Positions 39,918-53,019 are shown, numbered from the stretch's first letter. The stretch: DNA of 64,000 bases from Callorhinchus milii (GCF_018977255.1 NW_024704742.1:55120001-55184000), one strand, 5' to 3'. Numbers and translations: made by a program. Notes: generated from the sequence alone by a model not told the origin.

Positions 39918-40246
39918 GGAGTCCTGTAGCTCAGTGGTTAGAGCACTCACTTTGCAAGCGAGAGACCTGAGTTCAATTCCAGGCAGGGAGAAACCTTGGG
40001 CAAGTTTCCTTACTCCACACGCCTAATAATAATCCCTCCAAAACCCCAAAAAACAATAATAAATTGGTCATTTTCAATCTGCGACTGTTTGTGGGACACT
40101 GCTGTGCGCAATTGGCTGCCGCGTTTGCCCACAAATATACAGTCAATTCACTTTACAGTGTGTTCTGTGAAGCGCTTTGGGACGTCCTCCCGACGTGAAA
40201 AGCGCTATATCAAATGCAAGGATTATTATTATTATTATTATTATTA
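39918..40246 (+). mobile_element. Full-length young tRNA-derived SINE (short form) with L2-like tail and (ATT)n end
   Basis: Head ggagtcctgtagctcagtggttagagc...gttcaattcc carries Pol III A/B boxes and a tRNA-Ala(TGC)-like loop. Tail gggacgtcctcccgacgtgaaaagcgctatatcaaatgcaagg(att)n. Near-identical to the copies at 44857 and 50780. Confidence 0.93.
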
Positions 40247-42050
40247 TGTCAGACCAAGACAATGGAAGAGAACTCAGTAGAAACTGAAGTACATAACCCA
40301 TGACCTAAAGCAGGCCTGGTCTTTTACCTCATGTCATGTGATGATGGCAAAAATACCATACAAGCCCAACTCTGACTGGCATGAAGTCATTTGCTAACCC
40401 CAAATACAACACCAAGAACTATATGACCTATAGCAGTCACATTTTCCATTATGCACACGATGCATTGGACTTCCAGCTCACCACAAGTTCACCAAATACT
40501 TTTTTTTTAAAAAGACAATATCCCTTTAATCTTCAAGGAAGTACCGTGTTTTTCTGCTTTCCGCCATCATAATGTATCATCATATGTACCATCATGGGGG
40601 TATTAAGGGATACGAGGAGAAAGAGGAAAATTGGAATTGAAATTCTAGTAAAGATATAGATCAGCTATGATCTAATTAAATGGTGGAACAGGCTCGATGG
40701 CCTACTCCTGTTCCTATAAAGGTCCTCAAGGGATTCAAACAAACCCTAGGTAACCATGACAATCAGATCAAAACACTCAAATATTTGAGCATGCTTCAAA
40801 ATGTCATGACTGCCCATCATACACTTATAACACAGTTAAGAATTTAATGCACAACCAATTTAACTGTGAAGAATTGAATCTTATTCTTCAAAATAGTTAC
40901 TGATAATTGAATAAGATCTTTCACATTGATCTAATTTAAAATTTACTGCAACAAACAGATTTTAAAAATAGGGATAAATTTGATATGTAGTTGTACAACA
41001 TATTTAAAATTGCTGTCCACTTTGAACAGATACAAATCACATATCTTTAAGGGAGTATTATTGGATATTTACCACTATCTGTTAACCATTCAACTACTTT
41101 AGTAGCATGCCACCCTATGGCTTTGTGCAGTACTACAAAGAAACTAAAATGCAAAAAAAATTATTACCTTAACACTAACTTTCATTTCAAGAGACTCCAA
41201 ATAGTTCAAGCACATCAGACAAAATACAATACAATTTACATAGCGCATGTCCATTACATTAAGAGGACACCTCAAAGTGCTCAACCACGCTGGATGGATA
41301 CTCGAATTGAGGTGGGAGTCGAGGGAGGTGGGGAGGGGAAAGATGAATCAAAGAGGTAAGCGATCCAAATATCCTACTTTCAGCCTAATATAAAATATCA
41401 TGGCTCAAAATGCACTTCTTACATGCTTTAGTGCAAGAGAGCAGGGGGGGGTTAACAACATGCTCGTGTGAATTTACATTTAAAATTGATTTCAGATCAA
41501 TATTTGATTAAGATGGTATTCTTAGAATATCTTCAACAATTTGAAGAATTAAGATCCTGTTCTTTAAAGTCAAAGCTTACCTCTACTACATGCAATTAGG
41601 TGCTCTGCATTGCAACTACATTATTTTAACACTGGTGTAATTATAGTATAATTCAAATGTTTGAGGCAGAATTAAACAATACTCACTCCCACCAGTCATG
41701 TTGACCAATACAGTTTGTTCCCTTAAATTCAGAGTAAAACTGCAGGCACCTAAATTGGACTAGGTGCAATAACGTTAAGTGTTTTACGGAAAAGAGAACA
41801 TTCAGGTCACTTCTCCCAGCTGCGCATACAGCTTGATTGGCCCAGAAAACCCAGAACAAACTCAGGTGGGTCAGGACAAACATGAATTCACATTATTTTG
41901 AGAAGGTACAAGAAACAGGAGCACCAACTCCAACAACACTGGGACACACAAAATAGCATTGACAAATCTGGGGCAGAACTAGATCAAAGGCAACCTGAAT
42001 GGGGGGGTACACTAGAGTTAAAACAGTAACACAAATTGCTTTCATAGATT

Positions 42051-43045
42051 TTTCATAGATTCATAGAATGTTACGGCACAGAAGGAGGCCATTCGGCCCA
42101 TCGAGTCTGTGCCGGCTCTTTGACAGAGCAAGTCACTTTCACTAACCCCAATCACCAGCTTTCTCCCCATAACCCTGCAAACCCGTCTTCCCCAGATACC
42201 TATCCAGTTCTCTCTTAAAAGCTGTTGTTGAATCGGACTTCACTACCCTTTCAGGCAGATCATTCCAAATTCAAACAACTCGCTGAGTGAAAACATTTCT
42301 TCTAACCTCCCTTCTGCTTCTTTTGGTAGACATCTTAAGACTGTGACAACGGGTCACAGACACACCTACCAGCGGAAACAGCTCTTCCCTATCTAGCCTG
42401 TCGAAACCTTTCATGATCTTAAAGACCTCTATCAGGTCCCCGCGTAACCTTCTCTGCTCTAATGGGAAAAGCCCTAACTTCTCCAGCCTGTCCTCATAGC
42501 TAAGGTTCCCCATTCCTGGTATCATTCTCGTGAATCTCCTCTGCACCCTTTCCAGTGCTTTAATGGCCTTTCTGAAGTAAGGTGCCCAGAACTGGATGCA
42601 GTACTCCAGCTGAGGCCTAACCAGTGTTTTGTATAGATTAACCATAACCTCCCTACTCTAAAACTCTATGCCCCTACTAATAAAGCTCAGTACACCAAAT
42701 GCCTTTTTTACTGCCTTATCTACCTGCCCCGCTACCTTTAATAATTCGCTTACTTGAACACCCAGATCTCTCTGTACGTTCACCCGTATCTCCCACAGTA
42801 ACCTTACAGAAGATCCTGTCAGTGCCTCTTACTATTGAATCCCCTATCACAACTGTATTGCCCTTGTGAACCATGCGCTTTGTCCTGTTGGACAGAATGT
42901 CCACTGCTGTCCTCACGAGAGGCTTCCACGCTCTCGATAGCTAGTGTTGAGTACCTATTAGAGACTGGTACTCTGTTGGGGGTGTTCTGCCTTGAACAAG
43001 CTCTCTTCTTGCCCCGTCGCACTGTCACCCAATCACTTTTAGCAT
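42051..43045 (-). mobile_element. CR1 LINE derivative: ORF1 esterase fragment joined to ORF2 C-terminus and 3' UTR
   Basis: ORF1-type VSNRYSTL and VVIGDSIVRGTDRIFC are followed directly by the ORF2 C-terminal RDLGVQV...LYKTLVRPQLEYCIQFWAPY...RRLRGDLIEVFKIMKG. A CR1-type (TCTATGA)-like tail lies at 42051-42070. Confidence 0.9.
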
Positions 43046-44752
43046 GAATGAAGGGTGGTTGTGTGTTGGGCTTTCATGTGACTTCAGTTTTGAACAGTTT
43101 TAACCACTGACAGTCACTGCTCTAGTACTAAATTATCCTTAGCACATAAACATCCTCACAAATTCAAGCAGTCTCCAAAATTTTGTAAATCGATACATCA
43201 CCAGTTCAAGAGGCATGCAAAAATTCAAACATTATTTAGAAGAAACAATTTCAACGGTTGGAACTTCAAACAAGGAAGTAAAATGTGTACAGAAGGCTTG
43301 AGGTAAATACCTGACAGAACAGATTCAAGGATTTTTAAAAAAAAAATCTACAACTTTTTCTTTTGACACAACATTGATTTTCTCTATCAAAGAATTTGCA
43401 GAATGCTGACATTCCACGTAATTCTTACACAACTGTCCAAGACCTATAATAATTACAGACTAATAGTTTGGAACATATCCCTACCTGCCAGTGCAGTGTT
43501 AAAGTCCCAAAAATCAGAGTCAACAGAGCTCCAAGATAACGAGGATGAAGAAGACATTTGTGAACAGATTCAAGAAACTAACAGCTTCAAAAAGTTGTTC
43601 ATCACTGAGGAGAGACCGACCTGCACTCACTTCACTAATTGGATCTAAAATACATTAGAAAAAAAAGATTCTTTGTGTTTTGTTCAAGGACTGTTATGTT
43701 GACCTCTCCAGACACCGCAGCCAACTTCAGCACTGGAACAAATATAAATACCTGAACACATCATTAAATCCATTTATTTTCAGCTTAAGTCACTCAACTA
43801 ACGTTGTTATGTCACTAAAGATCAAATGACAGTAGAAGCATACAAGATCACTGTTGTCAAGTTCCAGAAATGAATTTCAGGGAGATTATCTGCTGAACAC
43901 AAAACACAAGGCTGACTTGGTCATTTAGAGAGAGTGTGTGCACAATAACCAGACTGCTATCACAACATTGAAGATCACTGCCATGTGAAAGTTTTCAAAA
44001 TACATGAAAATCAATTGTGCTGAACAGTCCCAAAATGAGGTACCAATCCAAGATTTCTGCATTTTGTTTCCTTGTGATAACAGCCCAATTGCAACACTCG
44101 CAAAAGAGCCTTCAATCTGTAAATTCCTTCCAAATACCAATGTAGGTCGCAAAACAAGGTATTCTCACTCCAAAAGATAAAATGATCTAGCATAAATCAA
44201 TCTAAAAGCTTACGATTTTCTTTATCAAAGATAATTTGCAGAATGCTGATTGTAAACCTTTGGGGGTGGGGAGGAGAAAGTATTGTTTATTGGTCAAACC
44301 AAATTTCCCCTTTGAAGCATTACATAACTGGTAACAGATATCCTTTTGGGATATCAAACATGTATTAAGTGGTCATGTGGCTGTTCAGTTGCACAGGACA
44401 AATGAATGGACTGTATTATAATAGCCCTCTGTTCATCATAAAAACAGCACCATGTGACCCACACTCCAGTGGAAGAAAGATGCATCTTGTTAAAGCTCTT
44501 ACCTCCTTAACCCAAAGGCTGGAATCCAGGAAATGCATTTCCCAGGGGTGATATTCAATAAAGGCAGCCAAGACATGCAAGGCAATTTCAGGCCCATTAG
44601 GTTGATCTTAATAACTGGAAAACTACTGGAATAAGTTAGAAGCAAAATGGAACAGCGCCTTCTCTGAAAATAACCTATTAAACAACAACTGACCTTAGAA
44701 TTGAGGCAGCAGGATCCCAAATTGTACCTAAACTTTTAAAAAGCCTTTGACA

Positions 44753-45490
44753 CAATAATAATCTTTGTACTTGATACAGTGTATTTCACTTGGTCGGGAC
44801 ATCTCAAAGCGCTTCACAGGATATACTGTGAAGTAGATTGATATTTGGAGTCCTGTGGAGTCCTGTAGCTCAGTGGTTAGAGCACTCGCTTTGCAAGTGA
44901 GAGACCTGAGTTCAATTCCAGGCAGGGCGAAACCTTGGGCAAGTTTCCTTATTCCACACGCCTAATAATAATCCCTCCAAAACTAAAAACAATAATTAAA
45001 TTGGTCATTTTCAATCTACGACTGTTTGTGGGACATTGCTGTGCGCAATTGGCTGCCGCGTTCGCCCACAAATATACAGTCGATTCACTTTACAGTGTGT
45101 TCTGTGAAGCGCTTTGGGACGTCCTCCCGACGTGAAAAGCGCTATATCAAATGCAAGGATTATTATTATTATTATTATTTGTGGGTAGCAGTCAGTTTTG
45201 CACAGCAATGTCCCACAAACAGCCAAGGAGTGAGTGACCAATTTTATTTGGGGGATTATTGGCAAAGACACTGGAAGAAACTCCTTTCTCTTTTCGACTA
45301 GTGTGCTCTTTAACTTTCACCTGAACAGGTAGACAGGACCTTGGTGTAATGTGTCATCTGAAGAGCGGCACCTCTGACAATGCATTGGAGTGTCATCATA
45401 GACTATGTGATTCCAAGTCCCGACGTGGGGCTTGAACCCACAAACTTCTGACTCAGATGCGAGATGCTACCACTGAGCTGGCTGACACAA
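44753..45490 (-). mobile_element. Older Deu-like SINE interrupted by the young SINE at 44847-45180
   Basis: Tail at 44753-44846; the remainder at 45181-45490 aligns by eye with 23810-24130. Confidence 0.75.
44847..45180 (+). mobile_element. Full-length young SINE (short form) with duplicated 10-nt 5' end, nested in an older antisense SINE
   Basis: Starts ggagtcctgt-ggagtcctgtagctc and has the same body as the 39918 copy. The older SINE runs 44753-44846 and resumes at 45181-45490. Confidence 0.92.
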
Positions 45491-47777
45491 GACTATTATA
45501 CAAAACAGTGCCATGGATGTAAGGCATTGGCTTGGATTAGTAACTGGCTAAAGGGAAGGATACAGAGGATAGCTCTAAGGGCATCTAAGTTGAAATGGGG
45601 AGACCACAGTTGCAGTATTGCATACATGTCTGGGAATCAACTTCACATCAATGGTTTCAGGAATGAGGATGATTGTAGTTATGAGGATAGGCATAACCTG
45701 AGACCCTCTCAACTATAATAAAAACCATAAGAGGGAATTCTAACAAATGTCTTTCACGAAAAGTTTGCAGAGATTAGATTAAAGTTTATTTGTGCTGCTT
45801 ACAAAATACATAAGAGAGAAACTCCCAATTGTCACTTGAAGAGTTAAAGGAGGGGGCTAGAAGAAAATAAATGTTCCAGTAGTCTTCTGAATGAACAAAA
45901 TGCATTCTCACACCCGACTATTGAGGCAGAGGTCATAACATTAAATAAAGGATAACAGGGATTAATTTAGTGAATGAGTTAACTGAATCAGTGGACTTGT
46001 TTTCTGGACATTTCTACAAATGTATGATTCTTGAATGGCAAAGGAATGGGTTAAAAAGGGGAAATGATTTTTACTCCATCCTGCCTCCACTGTTAGCAGG
46101 AGGTAACAGCTTGAACATCCTCTGGAACTGGCATATTAATGTGCGAGCGAGCCAACATTAACCATTATAAATAGCTTGGCAAAGGGCCATCTATTAACAC
46201 ATGAGGAAAGCAGCCAGCAATCCAGAGCAGGAAAATTCAACACCATATACAGGCTGAAGGCCACACTTAACACAAGAGCTTTAAGCTCAGGAACAAATGG
46301 GTTTTGAAGAACATTCATGGTTTTAGAGTATCTAAAGAGGTGGAGCAATTAGTATTTTGTCTCAAATTCATAATTTTTCACACAGATAAAAAGTCACCTT
46401 TTGGATTTACTGATTAAAATAAGACAGCTGGGAAAGTGAGGTAGCAACATATGCTATGGAACTGCAGGTGGTTTATAGGCTACTTGATATTTCAGTGAGT
46501 GAATGCATCAGCTAGTGTCCTGCTGAACCACAACAAATAAGGACATTTCAAGGTCCAGTTCCTGTTCAATACAGAGTTGGATAGTATCATCTATATAGGG
46601 GGGAGAAATGGAACAGAACATAGGCTGCAGTTGGCTCAAGTGCCTCAGGGATTAAGAGGCAAGCATAAACCATGAGATTCTGATTCTTCATTACTATCCA
46701 GTTAAGTGTGTTGGAAAGGGCACATATATTCACATGTTCAGCAGCAATGTCCACCTGTGACTGTTGGTATCAAATCTAATCCCCTTTTATTTATAGTCAC
46801 CTCCTCCCTTCCCCCACACCCTGCATCGGAGTCAGGCTCCACCACTGTTAAGTGCTCCAAGATGCTACCCAGTGTGAAGGGCGCAAGTTGTTGTTGGTCC
46901 AAATTCTACAATGAATAGGCAAATTAGTAAGATTCTCAATGGCTGCCAGCAACCATTTAAGTGAACCCAACATAAAGTCAGGTATCATCAAGAAAGTGGA
47001 AATTTTGAGTGGGGAAAAAGCCCGGATATCTACAGAACTCTTAAACAGAGGGTGAACTTAATGTTCAGGGCCAAGGAAATATGGCCTGTGTTATCCTCTC
47101 AACTGAAGATAGATATGGAAGAACTGTCTAAGTTATGTTTCCACAAGTTGCGGAGACTTTAAAATTTGTAAGATTTTTTCCATCCCATCAACTGTGAAGA
47201 GCCAGAGTATATTAACTTGGGATGATGTTTTGTGATAAGAAGCTTATATGCATTTAATTGAACAAAAGAAAATTAAAACCCACAAACAATCTGTAGAGGT
47301 TTTGATTGTGTAGCTCCATTTCTTAGCCTGGCTAGGAAGATTGTGAGCAGTTCTGAGTGTTCAGTATTATTCTGGAGTTCTTATCCCACACAGTCGCATC
47401 AATTTCTGTGTGGCTATAACTGTGTTTGCCAACCAGTGATGGTTTATCTGCTTCAGCAGCAATTTTTATCCTACTGGGCTATTTCTCTCTCCCCCCTTAT
47501 TCAAAATTTATGACAATGCGGAAATAGCCAATTAAAGATGATGCATTAAGCGTTTCATATATTTGTGTCCTAAAGATTTATTTTGCAATGTGCACGTTGA
47601 TTTTATTTTATTGTATAACTGTTCTACAGTAAACAAACCACAAGGGAAATAGCATTAGTTTAAAAGTTTGCTCCATCAAAGGCTCTTACCATAGAGACAT
47701 AGTTGGACAACATTTTACATAAAGAAAATGAATGAGATAGCTCATCATCCTTTTTAAAAAATCCAAGGAATGTAGGT

Positions 47778-47909
47778 ATTCCATCCAGTCACGAGTAGCT
47801 CCAGGCTGTCAATCAATTGCAGTTTGACTCCTCTCATCTCCACTATCTTTCTCGTTCCTCCACCTCTTCACTGATTGACAGTCTGTAGCCATTCGTGAAC
47901 AGATGGAGT
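47778..47909. repeat. Decayed inverted repeat, 39-nt arms, 54-nt pyrimidine-rich spacer
   Basis: 47778-47816 matches the reverse complement of 47871-47909 at 30/39 positions. Confidence 0.85.
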
Positions 47910-50779
47910 CTGAATGGAGCCGCTCATGACTGAATCGCGGAGCGAGTTGACGAAGCACCAATCAGCAGCACAGCATTATGTCTGGATTAACCCAATTTTT
48001 GTCCAAATTAACCTACATATTTAAACGGGTAAGAATACAAATGGATTGGGGCCGGGTGTTTTGTCCGATTTACTTGGCACACGAGGCTATCCAGCATCCA
48101 CCTTAAGCAGCTTCCACTCTATATTTAAATTATCCAACTAAGTATACCTTTTATTCCCCATGATATTTATTCCTGAACTAATAGTTTCTGGGCATCCATT
48201 CGCCTACAAAATCCAGTTCCTATACTTCACACTACAGAAAATCCTGTGCAGTGTTTTGAGACGTCCTCCCAATGTGAAAGGTGCCATATCAATGCACAGA
48301 TTATCATTTATTCTCTGATTTCTTAAATATAATTAATTGTTAATATATCAGGAAAAGCTCTAAACACATTCTTTTCAACCCAATTACTCACTCCAAACCT
48401 AGCTGCCAAAGTCGTCACCATGAAAAGTCAACACATTATATGGAGTTTTAAGAGATGAACTCCAAATAAACAAAACATTGGGAGGGGTAAAAACCCACTC
48501 TGAAGAATTTTAAAGGTCACCTGTCTTAAACCATGATTCATTTATAGGGTTCTTCAGTTGTGAAAGTAGCTTGACAAAACAGGTCTAAATGACATGACCG
48601 ACAAACACGTGCTCTGTCTTCAAACAAAGTCCCAAGGATGATTTTCTGGACAATCTAGAACTGAAATAGAGTTGTGTAACAAAGCTGAATTCAAATCAAT
48701 GAGAACAGGGTGGAAAACAATATAATATTTTATAAATAATTCCCAGGTTCTCCTGGTGTCCTGGCCCACAATTCCCCTAAAATAAAATTACTGACTCACA
48801 CCATGGTTGTCTGTAGGACATTGCTGTGTGCAGTTGTGCTGCCACGTTTTGCCCACAAATACAGTCACTCCATTTCATAGTAATTCCTGTGAAGAACTTT
48901 GAGTTGTCCTTCCGATGTGATGAGGAGTTATACCAAATGCAAGGATTATTAAATCCAAGGAGTATTAAAGTGGGTAATTTGCCAGAGAAATGATAGTGGG
49001 ACTCTTACCTGTAGAGGGCGATACAGCCAAATCTGACCTCCCTCACCCACATGCCACACATATTGGAGGATACTTGATTCCCATCTAATTTGACTTGCTT
49101 TATCCTGGAAAGGCTGGAAGGCTGGGGCCACTTTAGACTTCCCATGCTCCAATCGAGACCAGCAAACTCAGTAGAAACCAGGATTAAAACCAACAAGTTC
49201 CTGGACTGTAAACCTCAGAACTGCCAGCAGTTTAAAGGTTAATTTCATGCTTTAACTGCACTACAATGGATCAAGCCACTTCAGATGAACAATTCAAGTG
49301 TACGTGCCTCGTGTTTAACCTCCCAACCTTAGTAATTCTCCTCAGCATTGCCAACATCGAATTTCATTTGGTTTCAATTATCAACTGAACAAGCTGTTCT
49401 TTGTGAAGAAATCTCGAATTAAAATACCTAAAATACCTCGGTAAAACACTGGCTTTGCTTCTTGTGGTACCTATCCTCCAATTAAAACTAGAGCATACTT
49501 ACATAAATCAAATACATTTACTGCTTCAGGGAGAACTTTATAAAAGTTTATTGATGAGTGTAACGAAACAGTATCCTCTATTAAAGGGCCTTAATGATGC
49601 AGACATTTCTGAAGTTTTGTTTTAATATGCCTTTAAATTGTGTGATTCCACATAAAAGAAACCTAAAGAACATAGAAAAGTAGACTACAGCCATTGAAAA
49701 GACTTTAAGGGAACATCACATTTGATCTTTTTTTTAAAATGCTGAGTGATTAGTTCTAGGTTAAACAAGATATTTGGGGTTAAATTCCAGCTTTTTGTAA
49801 TGGGAATTGTTAATATTAGATCCTTCTGTTAACTCAAACAAAGTCAATCTACTTTCAACAAGGAGTGCCCATGAATCAGTATGATGTATGCCCACTTACT
49901 GGAAGGTGTTGCTATTTACTACTCTCAATCCTTAACTCCAGGTCCAGATTGGAACAATTAAAACCTCAATCTGTTTCACTGCAATGCTTCAGCCAGTGAA
50001 AGCTTAAAGGAACAAAAGAGTGGGTATGTTATATTTAATGGGGAATTCTTTAGGTAAAAAGTTGTATTTTACAGCAATAAATCCTCACTTTTCTATAGTA
50101 CCAATAACCCACCACCTTTCTTCAATAACAACATTTATATAGCACTTGTGTACTTGATTTATATAGCACCCTTAGTGCTTTAAAAGCATGGGGTTGGATT
50201 CCAGTTGGGGGAAATAGGGAGGAGGAAGTGTCCTTAAGCATGTTTGCTATATAAGGATATCAAGGGACATGGAGAAAAGGTGGGTGAATTGAAATATCCA
50301 TGATCTAATACAATGATGAAACAGACTCCAGGGGCTGAATGGTCCGCTCCTGTTCATATATTCCTATAGATTATTCTTGTGTTCCAAGAAGCAGGATTTG
50401 AAGCCAATTTAGAGAGGAGGCAGGAAAGAGTCATAGAAGGAGAGAGTTCCAGAGGTAAGTGTTAGAATATGCTTAGTTAAAGGAACTAAGGTTGCGCTCA
50501 AAGTAAAAGATAACTGCCTGCCAAGCTGAAAGTGTAGTCGCAGACTAGGGGTTATTAGAGGGCAGTAGGACTAGCTTAAACCAGCTGGAAGTGGCTGGTA
50601 CAGGATAGCCGAGGGTCCGTGGAGTGGGAAGATAGGAGATAAATCAGGATTGTGGTAAAAAAGTCAATAATCAGACTAGAAGGGCTGTGATTGGTCACAG
50701 CATTGAATCCATGTTTTACATATACATAACAGGTCAGTTTAGGCATAAGAGAGGTTTTCTATATTCTGGGCAGTTGCCA

Positions 50780-51073
50780 AATAATAATAATTATCCTTGC
50801 ATTTGATATAGCGTCCCAAAGCGCTTCACAGAATATACTGTAAAGTGAATTGACTGTATATTTGTGGGCGAACGCGGCAGCCAATTGCACACAGCAATGT
50901 CCCACAAACAGTCGTAGATTGAAAATGACCAATTTATTATTGTTTTTGGTTTTGGAGGGATTATTATTAGGGTGTGGAGTAAGGAAACTTGCCCAAGGTT
51001 TCGCCCTGCCTGGAATTGAACTCAGGTCTCTCGCTTACAACGCGAGTGCTCTAACCATTGAGCTACAGGACTC
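50780..51073 (-). mobile_element. Young SINE (short form) with small deletion in the tail
   Basis: Reverse complement of the 39918 element; lacks about 20 nt around ttttcacgtcgggagga. Confidence 0.92.
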
Positions 51074-52137
51074 TCTATGACTCCAAATGAGTCATAGAGA
51101 GATAACTAAATTAAATTGCTGCAAGAAACTGCCCAAGTATTACAGGATCATCTGGTAGTACGCCTTTAATTCTGTAATTGCTTGTGTTTTAAATATTGTT
51201 TAATAATAAATTCTGTTACACCAGTTTGGATTGTTGGGCCATATTTCAAACTCAGGGATCAGAAATCCAACATAAGGAGCGAAGGAACTAAAAGCTCAGC
51301 TACTGAAGGTAGCATGAGAGGGAGTGGGGTTGTGCAATAAGTTAGATGAGTAGAGGGGGCGAATGAAAAAGTAACAAGGAATTCCAGACAACAAATCCCC
51401 AAATAAAGAATTTTGAAGGCAATAGGGCTCTTGAGTCTCTGAACCCTGGATGCAGGAGGTTAATGATGCACTGATAGAATCGAACGTCATGATTTAGCAA
51501 TAAAATCCCTGGATACACCCATTCTGAATACATTCCAGGTTTGGTTTAGATCACGTTACCAGGTCACAAGCAATGAAAACAGCAACAAGAAATTCAATGG
51601 TAGTTAATCAAATTGTTTTCTGTTAACAGCAACTGCACCCTATGTCTGAATCACAGCTGAGAATGATTTAAAGTTAAAATGAGCAAACAATGCCTCTGAT
51701 TAATAGACTTGGGCCTGCAAATCAGTTTAAAGTGGGTGCAGATGATTTGGACAAAGGCAGAATTAAAAATATGCTTTCTCCTAGCCTCTTTACAAATACT
51801 GTTTAGGGACATTACAAATATTAGAAGCAATTAGGCAATTCATGATTGGCTTTCGAATGCTGCTTATTGAAAGAAAAGATTAATGCCAAGATCTGTATGT
51901 TTTCATTGGTTTATATTATTTTAATCAGTTAGATACTAAAGCAAATAGAATCAACTGGAGTAAACAATCTAACCATTGTAGCCAAACGTTACTTTGAATT
52001 ATTTACACATTGGTAAAAAAATAACCATGCTATTAAAGTATTTTACACACAACAAAAATGTACTCTCTACAATGTTAAATAAGGCCATGCTGTTTATTTA
52101 TAATGATTTGAGGTTCATGTGTTTTAAGTATCCTTAC

Positions 52138-52354
52138 CGGGGGTGAACAGTGGTTTTGTCTTGGGAGTTGGCACAACTCCATGTATATGTCCATCTTTGT
52201 TTACACTTCCCAACCTCAGTTTGGATGCAGAAGGTGGCGCTCTTAGATTTGCAGATGGAGACTGGACACTGAGGCCCTTTGTGTTACTGAGCGATGGCTT
52301 TCTTCCAACTTGAATGTCGCAGATGGCAGGTACTGATGTTTTAGTTAAAGGAGC
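52138..52354 (-). CDS. MTUS1: MTUS1 coding exon (APLTKTSVPAICDIQ...KTKPLFTP), 217 nt, phase 0 to 1
   Basis: Acceptor tctctttcgcAG|GCT, donor CCG|GTAAGG. Open frame continuing the large exon; Ser/Pro/Lys-rich like the matching human region. Confidence 0.85.
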
Positions 52355-53019
52355 CTGCGAAAGAGAGACATTTTGGGATACAGAAGACCAACATTGCATT
52401 TTAGGAAGAGTTTCCTGCTTCTACTACAGCAGGCCATTTGAGAGAGAACATTTACTTGCTATAAACGTTAGTTTGCAGCTGAACTGTACCTCCCAAAAAA
52501 TTGGCAGTACTGAATTACCAATTCCTTTTTGTATAAACACTCACTGCATAAGGAATCTATTTTGCCTCAAGCACTGTGCAAACTTCTGAAGCACATTTTG
52601 TGTTCTGTACACATCACATCAGTCCTATGTAACTGCTGACATTGTATATAAAACACAAGGTAGAAAATAGTTACACAATTCTCAGATTACTCACTAATTA
52701 GCAACATTGATTCCGGAAAGAATATGCCACCTTGACGATGGGCAAAAGATTAGTTTGTCCAGTCAAGCAAATGTGTCGAGCCGAAAGAGGAAAGAAAAGC
52801 AGGAGAATTTTTTTTTGAAATGTAGATATGAAGAGTAATACAGCCGAGACTAAGCAGAGACTCATATTACATTTAAAATAAAGAGCTGGTCTAATTTACC
52901 GTATTTTATTATAGTCCACGGTTGCTTGACAAATGTGGTGTCATTCACAGTTAAAAAAAATCATAAGTTCTTTTCTTCCCCCCTTCGTTTTCAAAACACA
53001 AATAAGAGTTCCTCAAATT

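Noticed and set aside
39918..39990. tRNA-Ala(TGC) gene
   Set aside because: This is the tRNA-derived head of a multi-copy SINE; there is no proper acceptor stem or terminator, and it continues into the SINE body.
29007..48121. 19-kb composite transposon bounded by two inward-facing TIR-like 16-mers
   Set aside because: It would contain conserved MTUS1 exons in their normal order; two independent relics of one family are far more likely.
49005..49196. Minus-strand ORF ending at CAG|GTAAGA, as an extra exon
   Set aside because: No convincing acceptor. The sequence appears to resemble decayed segments elsewhere (around 19000-19200 and 46480-46740), and the exon chain is complete without it.
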